Part shown: one piece after another, positions 34,682 through 43,516 of the stretch
Layout: every line of letters begins with the position of its first letter
Numbering within the stretch: the stretch's first letter is position 1
NCBI GenBank assembly: GCA_964559345.1
Contig: CAZLIE010000001.1
Location: 11,013 to 75,012 of the forward strand
Source of the DNA: an uncultured Terriglobales bacterium
Lineage (GTDB): Bacteria; Acidobacteriota; Terriglobia; Terriglobales; Acidobacteriaceae
DNA: 64,000 bases
Reading direction: 5' to 3'
Translations under genes and position numbers: made by a program
The notes under the pieces: model-generated
Seen by the model: only the letters and a program-made list of their open reading frames with translations
Database searches by the model: none
What the model was told of the DNA's origin: nothing

Positions 34682-36850
34682 CTACTTAGCTGCGAATGAC
34701 TCCATAACCTGCGCCGCCCGGTTGATCGCATCCGCCAACACTCTGAGTTGCTCGGCTTCGAGCTTTGCGTCGCCTGCATCGATCGCCTCATTGATACCAG
34801 GGATGACGATGGCGGCGTATCCGGTGTATTCGCCGGGCGCGTAGATTGCATGGCGAAACCAGGGACGGTTCGGCAGTCCTTGGGGAATGAGTAGCGCCCG
34901 CTCGGTCGCGGAGAGCGTCTGGTTCAACTGTTGGAGATTGACAGTGCGATCGGCCTGCATTTGACGCATCCGCGCTCCGGCCTTTTGAAATCTCTGGGCT
35001 GCGGCAATCGCTTCCACAAATGAAGGCGACTGCGCTCCGAACGCCTGCTGCGTTTTCGCCTGTGCAGCCGAGATGTAGGCCATGATCTCGGTTCCGTAAA
35101 GTTGATAGTCTTCGGGCAGGTAGTCGGTTTCGCTCATGTGCAGCATCTGGACTCCGAAGACCCGCGCCATCTGCTGCTCATACCTGAAGTCAGGATCCGC
35201 GAATTTTGTGAACCACGCCAGGTTGTCGAAGACCGAGTGATAGACGCCGTAAGGTCCACCTGAGCCGATGTCCGTCGCAGGCACCCCGAGATGCTGCAGG
35301 AAGACTGAATAATCCGATCCGCTGCCAAGATCGCCGACATCGACATCGTTCTCAACTTTGGCCGCCGGAGGACGATTCTGCGAACCACCCAGATCGGGTG
35401 AGACTGCGCGCGAACGGTCGCGCTCACCAGCGTCCTTCCACGCCTGATACACAGTTCCGCCTTTCACGGCCGGTACTTGCTTGGTGACATCACGCACGAA
35501 CTGTTTGAGAGTAGGAACGGAACTTGCGCCGAAATTCGGACCAGCTACACCGACGTCCATATTGAAATACGCGACGGCATGTTCGAGCAGGCGCTCGTTC
35601 TGCTCGCCCCACTCTGTCGAGCCGATCATGCCTTCTTCTTCTCCATCCCAACTGCCGAAAACAATCGTTCGTTTCGGCTTCCAACCTGATTTCAGCAGAT
35701 CGCCGATTCCGTGGACCGCCTCTAGCATTGCGGCTGTCCCGCTGCTGGGATCCACGGCTCCATAGACCCAGGCATCACGATGATTGCCGCCGATCACCCA
35801 CTCGCTCGGAAGCTCTGACCCGCGCGCAATCCCAATTACGTCCCAGATCGTCTTGAATGGCTGCGTCATCTTGAGATGCATCTTGACGCGTACTGGCCCA
35901 GGCCCGAGGTGATAGGTGAAGGGCAGCGCGCCCTGCCAATCGCGCGGCGATTCCGGTCCCCCAAGGTTCTGCAGGATGGGTGTTGCGTCGGCGTAAGAGA
36001 TTGGCATAGTCGCGATCTTGGGCAGATCGGCGGCCGCGTTTGGATCTACGCGCTGTGAGTCCGGCAGATCAGGAACGGATGCGATTCCCGGTGTCGTCGG
36101 ATCTCCGGCGTACTTAAACGTGTAATCAATGGAGCCGCGCTGAATGCCAGTCGCAGGACGAAAGGGCCCCTTGGGATAAGAGTCGCCGCGATAGTACCCG
36201 TCATCGATCGGGTCAGAGTAGATGATCACGCCCGCGGCTCCGTGCTGCTGGGCGACGTAACTTTTAACGCCGCGGTAGTTCGCGCCGTAGCGCACGATTA
36301 CCAGCTTTCCGCGGACATCAATCTTTAGTTCCTGAAGTCTCTTGTAGTCTTCCGGCCGGCCGTAATTTGCATACACGATGTCGCCTTCGACATCTGCCGA
36401 GGGGGAATATGCGTTGTAGCCGGGCAATACGCGAGGGGCGTCCTGATATGGATCGCCGTCCACCTGTTCACGACTGGGTCCATGCATCTTTACGTTCGCC
36501 GGCGCAGTGATGTCAAGGCTCACCTCTTGCGGAAACGACAGCAGAACTTTATACGCGACAATCTGCGTTTGCAGTCCGGCTTCGCGGAATTTCTGCGCGA
36601 CGTACTCGGCTGTCTTCCGATCTTCAACCGAACCGGCAACGTGCGGCGCTCCAGCTAGCGTGCGCAGATGCTGTTCGGCCAGGCGGGGGTCGGGAACTGC
36701 AATGAACTTGCGATCAATTTCGGCCTGACGCGCAAAGTCGCGGAAGCCAAAGACCTGGTTCGAAGTGTCCGGGGCCGTTTGTGATTGGATAGACGCGCTG
36801 AGAAACGCGAATGCAAGCGAAGCAGCAAAACGAATCCGAATTGAGGACAA
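34682..36850 (-). CDS. Secreted M28-family peptidase, glutamate carboxypeptidase II / transferrin-receptor-like (PA + M28 + dimerisation domains)
   Basis: Signal peptide. PA-domain-like GKLVIVRYG. Zinc-site region GSWDGEEEGMIGSTEW. SDYSVFLQHLGVP. C-terminal helical dimerisation-like domain. Confidence 0.85.
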   Translation of the reverse strand: MSSIRIRFAASLAFAFLSASIQSQTAPDTSNQVFGFRDFARQAEIDRKFIAVPDPRLAEQHLRTLAGAPHVAGSVEDRKTAEYVAQKFREAGLQTQIVAYKVLLSFPQEVSLDITAPANVKMHGPSREQVDGDPYQDAPRVLPGYNAYSPSADVEGDIVYANYGRPEDYKRLQELKIDVRGKLVIVRYGANYRGVKSYVAQQHGAAGVIIYSDPIDDGYYRGDSYPKGPFRPATGIQRGSIDYTFKYAGDPTTPGIASVPDLPDSQRVDPNAAADLPKIATMPISYADATPILQNLGGPESPRDWQGALPFTYHLGPGPVRVKMHLKMTQPFKTIWDVIGIARGSELPSEWVIGGNHRDAWVYGAVDPSSGTAAMLEAVHGIGDLLKSGWKPKRTIVFGSWDGEEEGMIGSTEWGEQNERLLEHAVAYFNMDVGVAGPNFGASSVPTLKQFVRDVTKQVPAVKGGTVYQAWKDAGERDRSRAVSPDLGGSQNRPPAAKVENDVDVGDLGSGSDYSVFLQHLGVPATDIGSGGPYGVYHSVFDNLAWFTKFADPDFRYEQQMARVFGVQMLHMSETDYLPEDYQLYGTEIMAYISAAQAKTQQAFGAQSPSFVEAIAAAQRFQKAGARMRQMQADRTVNLQQLNQTLSATERALLIPQGLPNRPWFRHAIYAPGEYTGYAAIVIPGINEAIDAGDAKLEAEQLRVLADAINRAAQVMESFAAK

Positions 36851-36925
36851 CTCTTGCTCTCCTCAAGCTGAGGTAATGGCGAATCTGAAGAGATTAACAG
36901 ACCGGAACGAGACTCAAGGCCGAAG

Positions 36926-38044
36926 CTAAGAAAATAGAGACTGCCAGTTTTCTCTGCTTGCTAATGCTCGCGAAGCGATCCGCAGATTTGTCTGCACGTG
37001 TTCTCGCCGGCTCATTCCGATCAGCGCGGTTGTTATCCCGGGCGTGGACCGCACAAATTGGATTGCCGCTTCAGCGTCGCTGGAGGCCGCCAACTTTTCG
37101 CGAACGAAGTCCGGCAATCGTCCGGCCAATCGTCCCTGCATCAGTGAAGCGCTCGCGACGACCATAATTCCGAGATCCTGCGCCAGTTGCAGAGTTGAGA
37201 CCGAACCGCTGCTTCCCTGCTGATTATTTACACCGAAAGCCTCCGGCAATCCCAAATTGAATGGAAGCTGAATCGCGCGGAAGTGATGATCGGGGCCGCC
37301 CATGCGCCGAGCGATGTGCTCGATCTGCGTCAAATCCAAGTGCTCGCGGGAAGAGGCGGCCTGACGATAGCCGTTCCACGTCGCCGTGCCGTAAACCTTG
37401 ATTCTGCCGTCCGCGACCTCCTGCTCCAGAGCAGCGAAGGCCAAACCGAGTCGCTCATCAAAGTTCTCGCGTGAGATTTCTGCAAGCTGCTGCTCCGGAT
37501 TGTGAATATAAAAGATGTCGATGCAGTCGATGCCGAGATTGCGACGCGAGCGCTCAATCTGGTTATGCAAATAGTTCGGCGAAATGGAATGCATGCCGCC
37601 CACGAGCTCGCCTTGCGGAATAAGGCCCGAATCCATGTATTCGGTCAGAAAATAACGGCGCGGATCGGACGGGACGGTTCCGTCATACGTGAGATATCCG
37701 GCTTTTGTGCATATCAGCAGCTCATTTCGATGCACAGATCCGTCGCTGATGGCTTGGGCGAGTGCCGTGCCGATGCTTCTCTCCGAGCGTTGGAACCGGT
37801 AGTTGATTGCCGTGTCCAGAACGTTCGTTCCGCTTTGCACGGCATCGAAGATTGCGTCGGCGTAACGCTGATCAGTAGCGTCATCGGGTTCGCCAAGGTA
37901 AGTTCCGATGCCGATCGATGACAGCCACAGATTGGATAGATGTGGCACATGCTCAGGCCGACGAAAATGGCCGGCCGCGTTGAATTGCGGGAAACGAGAC
38001 TTGTAGCGCGCAGTGCCTTCAGCAGTGGCGTGTCCTGGCGTCAT
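36926..38044 (-). CDS. Aldo/keto reductase
   Basis: LDTAINY, ERSIG and IHNPE-type motifs; ~370 aa AKR-like layout. Confidence 0.8.
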   Translation of the reverse strand: MTPGHATAEGTARYKSRFPQFNAAGHFRRPEHVPHLSNLWLSSIGIGTYLGEPDDATDQRYADAIFDAVQSGTNVLDTAINYRFQRSERSIGTALAQAISDGSVHRNELLICTKAGYLTYDGTVPSDPRRYFLTEYMDSGLIPQGELVGGMHSISPNYLHNQIERSRRNLGIDCIDIFYIHNPEQQLAEISRENFDERLGLAFAALEQEVADGRIKVYGTATWNGYRQAASSREHLDLTQIEHIARRMGGPDHHFRAIQLPFNLGLPEAFGVNNQQGSSGSVSTLQLAQDLGIMVVASASLMQGRLAGRLPDFVREKLAASSDAEAAIQFVRSTPGITTALIGMSRREHVQTNLRIASRALASRENWQSLFS

Positions 38045-38100
38045 TCACTTCGAGTCTAGCAGGGCATTGTTGCCGGTTTCGCGCTCCCATTTTATGGCGA

Positions 38101-38823
38101 CTATTCAGCTGTGCTCAACACGAACCTCACCGTAATTGACGTCTGAACAGTTACCGGTTCGTGGTTCAGGATGTATGGCCGATAGCGCCATTGCCGCACA
38201 GCCTCCATCGCAGGCCCCACCAACATTGGCGGGCCGCTTACCGAATCGACGCTCTCGACTCTGCCATCCTTTCCGACAAGCGCAGCAAGCACAACGGTGC
38301 CGTGTACGCCGGCTCGCTTTGCATATTCGGGATATGCGGGCACTACTTTCCTCAGCACCTCTCCGAGCTGCATCTCCGAGACCCGTACCGTCCGGGTTGC
38401 AGGTGGACGCGGCGGAACGACGCCTAAACCCGCGCCGATGATGTTGGTGATCGCCGCATCTCGACAAGTGATGCACGAGATGCCGGAGGGAGCAGGCGGA
38501 GCCGCGTCCGCTCCACGATCAACCACTCGCGCAATGCTAGTCGGGATGTGGCTCGGTTCGATCATCTGTTCCGCATGAAGCACGGGCGCCGTGCTGATTG
38601 CCGTTCCTGCCGTTGCCGCACGAACCTGCACCGGCTGATCGGCAATCGAAGTCATTCGTATGCTCGGTGGCGGAGGAGTGACCTGCAGGCGATCGATGTG
38701 CAAAAGAGAAATGGCCAGGGCAATCGCTAGGCCTGCGCTCTGCAGAGTGATGGAAGCGAGTTTTGTCCACGCCGAATGATGAGCCCGGTGCGGCGACGAT
38801 TCGAGCAGACTGTCAGCAAACAT
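38101..38823 (-). CDS. tonB: TonB-family energy transducer (C-terminal TonB domain)
   Basis: ATG at 38823 preceded by GGGGGA. N-terminus MFADSLLES plus a TM anchor. C-terminal YPEYAKRAGVHGTVVLAALVGKDGRV...GPPML...A...WRYRP. Confidence 0.8.
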   Translation of the reverse strand: MFADSLLESSPHRAHHSAWTKLASITLQSAGLAIALAISLLHIDRLQVTPPPPSIRMTSIADQPVQVRAATAGTAISTAPVLHAEQMIEPSHIPTSIARVVDRGADAAPPAPSGISCITCRDAAITNIIGAGLGVVPPRPPATRTVRVSEMQLGEVLRKVVPAYPEYAKRAGVHGTVVLAALVGKDGRVESVDSVSGPPMLVGPAMEAVRQWRYRPYILNHEPVTVQTSITVRFVLSTAE

Positions 38824-38898
38824 GATTTCCCCCAATTAGTAACACGATGGAGGAACAGACACCGGCGGGTCAAAAATGAATTCCAGTTCCTGCTAAAT

Positions 38899-38925
38899 AA
38901 AAAAGGCCGCTCGCGATGAGCGGCC
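38899..38925 (-). terminator. Rho-independent terminator after skp
   Basis: On the minus strand, GGCCGCTC-ATCGC-GAGCGGCC (8-bp stem) followed by TTTTTT. On the plus strand this reads AAAAAAGGCCGCTCGCGATGAGCGGCC. Confidence 0.75.
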
Positions 38926-38956
38926 CTAGTAAAACTGGTAAAACCGGGAACTTAAC

Positions 38957-39661
38957 TTACTGCTTTGGTGTCGCGGAGGGAGCTGCAGGAGTCTTCGTGG
39001 CTCCGCCAGTTGCCGCCGGACGATGCGTCACCGCACTGGCGCCTGTGCTGGGCGCAGGACGCGTCCCTGCTGCCGGAGCAGCAACGCCAGACTGCGTGTT
39101 GTAAGCGTCGATTAATGGCTTGGTGATGTCCACCGATTGAGCCGCCCATAGCACCGGGCTCTGCTGCGACGAGACATCGATCACCATCGCAAATCCGTTT
39201 TGCTTCGCATACGAATCGAGCACCTGCATGAGCTTGCCGCCGATACGCTGTGCGATCTCATTCGACTGCGATTGATACTCATTCTGTGCGTCTTCGAGGT
39301 TGCGCTGCAGCGTCTTCGACTTGCTCTCGATGCTCTGCACCCGCTTGCTGCGCTCTTCCTCATTCAGCTTGTCGGTCTGAGCGGCGAGCTGCTTCTTCAA
39401 GGTATCAACTTCGTCGTTCAGGCTCTTGAGTTCGATTTGCTTAGGTTCGAATTTCTTCTGGAGTGCATCCAGGTCGCGCATACCTTCATTGGTATTCGCG
39501 ATTGCAGCCTGGATGTTGATGATGGCAATTTTGTTCGGCCCTGCCACAAGTGAGTTGGTAGCCGCGGTGGTGGTGGCGGCATTCGTTGCTCCGGTTTGAG
39601 CGAATGCGCCGAGCGACAGCAGAGCTGCAGCAGACAAAGTGGAAACAATCTTACGTGTCAT
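38957..39661 (-). CDS. skp: OmpH/Skp-family periplasmic chaperone
   Basis: Signal peptide, then a long coiled-coil region with the OmpH pattern (IAIINIQAAI...LQKKFEPKQ...L). The C-terminal low-complexity tail is atypical. Confidence 0.8.
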   Translation of the reverse strand: MTRKIVSTLSAAALLSLGAFAQTGATNAATTTAATNSLVAGPNKIAIINIQAAIANTNEGMRDLDALQKKFEPKQIELKSLNDEVDTLKKQLAAQTDKLNEEERSKRVQSIESKSKTLQRNLEDAQNEYQSQSNEIAQRIGGKLMQVLDSYAKQNGFAMVIDVSSQQSPVLWAAQSVDITKPLIDAYNTQSGVAAPAAGTRPAPSTGASAVTHRPAATGGATKTPAAPSATPKQ

Positions 39662-39961
39662 GGGTGTGCTAAGAACTCCTTGATTCCGTTCGGATCAGCT
39701 CCGAATTCTGCCTCATGGTTCCGTGAGCGGGCGGATGTTACCGTGCAGGGTGACGTCCTTGGCCGGATGTCACTCCCCGGGCAGCCTCTTGCGAGGCATG
39801 TTGGCGGGTACGGGTGACCATCATTATAGGAGCAGTAGCTTCGGACGGTCAATGAAATCAAGCGCTCTGGATCGCTCTTATCACAGAAGACACGCATAGT
39901 TAAGGCACTCGCCTGAGATAGTGACGCGATCTGGCACACGCGTGCCTCTCTCGTCCGGCAA

Positions 39962-41581
39962 TCAGCCTAATCGCACTCTGCGTATCAGAGTCTTCGCTTC
40001 CGGAATCTGGAACAGCGACGCTATTCCAAAGTACACCACTCCATAAGGAATGAGCACAGCGCAAGCCGTGACCAACGGACCGCGATGGCCGATGGCGATC
40101 TTCACACCCCATGCTGCAGTCGCCGAAATTGCAGCGGTCACCCAAAGCTTTAGAAAGAAGACAGTCGCAGAAGGAACGGCGCCGATGCGCTGATGAAGGC
40201 TTCGTCGTAGCAACAGAAATTCCACCCAGCCCGCAATGCCTGCGGACGCTGTCAGTCCAGCGACACCCCAGCTCCGACTAACGCCCAGGATTCCAGGGAG
40301 ACGGAGAGCAAAAAACAATCCAAGAATCGTAGTCAACGTAACCCGAATGATCGCGAACCGCAAAGGCGTTCGTGTGTCGCGTAGCGCGTAGTAGGTTGAT
40401 GAATACAGTCGGCCAAGACACGACGCCAACAATCCGACCGCCGATCCGGCAAGGACGCCCCACACGTACGTCGAATCTGATCGCGTGAATCGGCCTGACT
40501 GAAAAATCGCGCCAGCAACCACATCGCCCAATGCCAGGAACGCAACCGCCGAGGGCACCACCAAGAATGCGATCTGCCGAATTCCCGCGCCCAATCTCGC
40601 GCGCAACTTGACGGCGATCTCAGCATCGCTTCCTATCGCGCCGGACATCGCAGGAAGCTCAGCCGCCGACACCGACATCCCGAACAAGCTCACAGGAAGC
40701 GTGTACAACGTCTGCGCGTAAGCCAGCGCTGCAACTGCACCGGTTGGGAGAAAGCTTGCGATGATTGCATCGACGTAGGCGCTGACTTGAACAACTCCGC
40801 GGCTAAACAAGACGGGGAAGAAGTTCCGCAGCACTTCGCGCACAGAAGCTAGTTGGGTACCGAAGGCGAGCCTCAACTTGTTGACAAGGCGCAAGACCGT
40901 CGGTAATTGCACTCCCAATTGCAGAGCGCTGCCGGCCACCGAGCCCCATGCGGTCAACACGGCCAACGAATCTTCCGAATGATTCCGGCCAAAACCTACG
41001 AGCGCCGCGATCATCGCCGCATTCCACGCGACCGGAGCGGCATAAGAGAGAAAGAACTTGCGGTGGCTGTTCAGGACTCCGAGACACCAGGCCGACATCA
41101 CCGCCAGTCCAGCGCCAGGAAAGAGAATTTTCACAAGCCGAATTGCCAGTTGGCGTTTCGCGCCATGGAACCCCGGTGCGATGCCGTCGATGATCCAGGG
41201 AGTCGCCAAGACTCCGACGAGAACCAGAACCGATGTGACGAAGAAAAGCAGGGTAGCGACGCTGCCGGCCACTTCTCCGGCTTCGTCGTCTTCGCCCAGC
41301 GCGCGCAGCTTTGCATAGACAGGTATGAAGGAGGCCGACAGCACTCCCTCGCCCAGCAGGTTCTGAAGAAAATTCGGAATGCGCATCGCTGCCTTGAAGG
41401 CGTCAGCAGCGTCGGAATTTCCAAAATAGTGCGCGAAGACGCGTTCGCGAACTAGTCCGGTAATCCGGCTGAGAAAAATGCCAGACGCAACCAGCGTCGC
41501 CGAGCGCGCGATGGTGTGTTTCTCTGTCGGCTTGTCCTCAGTGGTGGTGATCGGCATGAACTCTCTTGTGCAATCTAGCAC
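39962..41581 (-). CDS. murJ: Lipid II flippase MurJ (MviN)
   Basis: SGIFLSRITGLVRERVFAHYFG, AFKAAMRIPNFLQNLLGEG..SASFIPV, about 14 TM segments. The start may be the ATG at 41554. Confidence 0.9.
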   Translation of the reverse strand: MLDCTREFMPITTTEDKPTEKHTIARSATLVASGIFLSRITGLVRERVFAHYFGNSDAADAFKAAMRIPNFLQNLLGEGVLSASFIPVYAKLRALGEDDEAGEVAGSVATLLFFVTSVLVLVGVLATPWIIDGIAPGFHGAKRQLAIRLVKILFPGAGLAVMSAWCLGVLNSHRKFFLSYAAPVAWNAAMIAALVGFGRNHSEDSLAVLTAWGSVAGSALQLGVQLPTVLRLVNKLRLAFGTQLASVREVLRNFFPVLFSRGVVQVSAYVDAIIASFLPTGAVAALAYAQTLYTLPVSLFGMSVSAAELPAMSGAIGSDAEIAVKLRARLGAGIRQIAFLVVPSAVAFLALGDVVAGAIFQSGRFTRSDSTYVWGVLAGSAVGLLASCLGRLYSSTYYALRDTRTPLRFAIIRVTLTTILGLFFALRLPGILGVSRSWGVAGLTASAGIAGWVEFLLLRRSLHQRIGAVPSATVFFLKLWVTAAISATAAWGVKIAIGHRGPLVTACAVLIPYGVVYFGIASLFQIPEAKTLIRRVRLG

Positions 41582-41676
41582 TCTCTCGCGCGGAACGGAC
41601 TAAGGGCTTCCTTTATAATTAGCGGTCTTTTTATCCATCGGCTTGCGTTCTGATAGCCGATTCATGGGAGCAACAG

Positions 41677-42264
41677 ATGGCGCCATCAGTAATGGCAGCA
41701 AACCCGGCGTTGAAGGACGCGTACACACAATTGCGGACGCGCATGGAGAAGGCGGTTGAAGACTTCCGCAACAGCCTGCTCTCCACTCGCACCGGCCGCG
41801 CGTCGGTCCACATGGTCGATACTATTCGCGTGCCCTACTACGGATCGGAGATGCCGCTGAATCAGATCGCCCAGGTGCACGCTCCTGAGGCGCAACTCAT
41901 CACCGTCCAGCCTTTCGATCCAAGTTCCCTGGCAGAAATTGAGAAGGCACTGCGCACGTCCGATATGGGATTCAATCCGCAAAACGACGGCAAGCTCATC
42001 CGCATCCCCATTCCGCCGCTCACAGAAGAGCGCCGCAAAGAACTGGTGAAGCATCTGCACAAAATCCTCGAGGACCATCGCACTGCCGTGCGCAATATCC
42101 GCCGCGATGGCAATGAGCTAATTAAGAAAGCTCTGAAGGACAAGAAAATCTCCGAAGACGATGAGAAGAAAGCGTTGGACGAAATCCAGAAACTCACCGA
42201 CGACGAGATCAGGAAGATGGAAGAGATGAGCAAGTCGAAAGAAAAAGAAGTGATGCAAGTCTGA
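41677..42264 (+). CDS. frr: Ribosome recycling factor
   Basis: RTGRASVHMVDTIRVPYYG, IPIPPLTEERRKELVK and RNIRRDGN are canonical RRF. Confidence 0.95.
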   Translation: MAPSVMAANPALKDAYTQLRTRMEKAVEDFRNSLLSTRTGRASVHMVDTIRVPYYGSEMPLNQIAQVHAPEAQLITVQPFDPSSLAEIEKALRTSDMGFNPQNDGKLIRIPIPPLTEERRKELVKHLHKILEDHRTAVRNIRRDGNELIKKALKDKKISEDDEKKALDEIQKLTDDEIRKMEEMSKSKEKEVMQV

Positions 42265-42347
42265 TCGCTAGGTGTTCAGACTTAATTCTCCCGAACTACG
42301 GAGAATTCCAGATTGCGCGAGACGATTTTCCGCTTAGAATCCGCCGC

Positions 42348-42539
42348 ATGACTCCCCAAACGTCCCGCTTCGAATGCATAGTGCTCGAAGAGAAGCTCAA
42401 GGCCCTGAACATTCTGGTGCGCTACGAGAGGAATGCCGAAAAACTTAGTTCCTACTACTCCGATTTAGCGGCCGTCGCGCAGGAGTTGAGCGAATTGCGG
42501 AACAACGGGCCGATTTCCAGCTTTCAAGCCTCAGCCTGA
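42348..42539 (+). CDS. Hypothetical small protein (63 aa)
   Basis: ORF only. No obvious RBS and no family recognised. Confidence 0.25.
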   Translation: MTPQTSRFECIVLEEKLKALNILVRYERNAEKLSSYYSDLAAVAQELSELRNNGPISSFQASA

Positions 42540-42566
42540 CCCAAGCTCAGCCTGCCAAGCCTAACC

Positions 42567-43397
42567 TTAGTACGTTCCGGTGTAGGCGACGATACTGGCT
42601 GCGTCGTCTAAAGCGCCGGCAACGGCCTCTGGCTGAAAATCAGTCTGAATGATGTTCACGATGGCCTTGCCCACCAGCCGGGTGGAAGCTTCCGAGTGCA
42701 ACCGCACCGGGAAGGTGAAGCCCGCGACCGTCTGGTAGTCCTGTACGAATTCGATTTTCTTGATGAACACCGAAGGCGATTTCACGATCCTGCCTTGCGT
42801 GCGAAGAAGCCGGCCGCTGGCGGCATCGACGTAAATGCGTCCCTTGAATAGTCCAGCGCGCTTGTGGCGCGGCTTGGCGTCATAGACGTGAGCGCTTACG
42901 CCGTTCAGATCGGATGTGCCTTTGTAGCAGAACTTGTAATTCTCAGAGTTGATCGCGACCTGCGCCTGTTGCCGTTTCTGGACATGTTCCACTTCAGACT
43001 GCAGCAGCCGCGCAATTACATTGCTCTTAACGAATTGGTCGCCGCTGGAGCGCATCGGAGTGAACTCGAGTGCGGCGGGGGCCACGTAACGGCGCTTCAG
43101 CTCGAATTCCGCCTTCTGCGACGATTCTGGCAGCTCCGCATCGACCACGGTCACTGCGGTATAACCGGCTAATTCTGCCGTCTCGTTTCTGAGTTCCCGT
43201 TCGTAGTTCACCAGTGCGACTTCGGGAGATAACCGCGTTGAGACGAATGGAGTCGAGCTAGGCGAAGTCTTAGCTAAGAATGAAGAGCCTTGGCTGGGGC
43301 TCCCGACGGTTGGGTTCGCCTGCGCAGCCAACATGGCGGAGAACATCACGCCACTGACGGCAATACACGAAATGGGTCGGAGACAACTCACAAGCAA
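42567..43397 (-). CDS. Hypothetical secreted protein (possibly LolA-like / lipoprotein-sorting fold)
   Basis: N-terminal signal-like hydrophobic segment. The beta-rich C-terminal pattern is reminiscent of LolA/RseB-like domains. This is a weak assignment. Confidence 0.5.
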   Translation of the reverse strand: MLVSCLRPISCIAVSGVMFSAMLAAQANPTVGSPSQGSSFLAKTSPSSTPFVSTRLSPEVALVNYERELRNETAELAGYTAVTVVDAELPESSQKAEFELKRRYVAPAALEFTPMRSSGDQFVKSNVIARLLQSEVEHVQKRQQAQVAINSENYKFCYKGTSDLNGVSAHVYDAKPRHKRAGLFKGRIYVDAASGRLLRTQGRIVKSPSVFIKKIEFVQDYQTVAGFTFPVRLHSEASTRLVGKAIVNIIQTDFQPEAVAGALDDAASIVAYTGTY

Positions 43398-43516
43398 CTC
43401 TTGCAGAGTACCGTCATAAAGAAAATCAGGAAAGTACCCGAGGTAATGCCTTGTTCAACCTCGACGCTCAATTGCTGTAAGTTAGACGCCTACAACCCTT
43501 TAAAGTTGCGAAATGT

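Noticed and set aside
34642-34851. 69-aa ORF overlapping the 3' end of the M28 peptidase gene
   Set aside because: It is an alternative frame of a well-supported gene, with non-protein-like composition.
39658-39939. 93-aa ORF in the murJ-skp spacer
   Set aside because: Its stop overlaps the skp start codon. The composition is Cys/Arg/Ser-rich, and there is no RBS.
42284-42307. 8-bp-stem hairpin (AATTCTCC-N8-GGAGAATT) after frr as a terminator
   Set aside because: No U-tract follows on the frr strand, so it cannot be called an intrinsic terminator with confidence.
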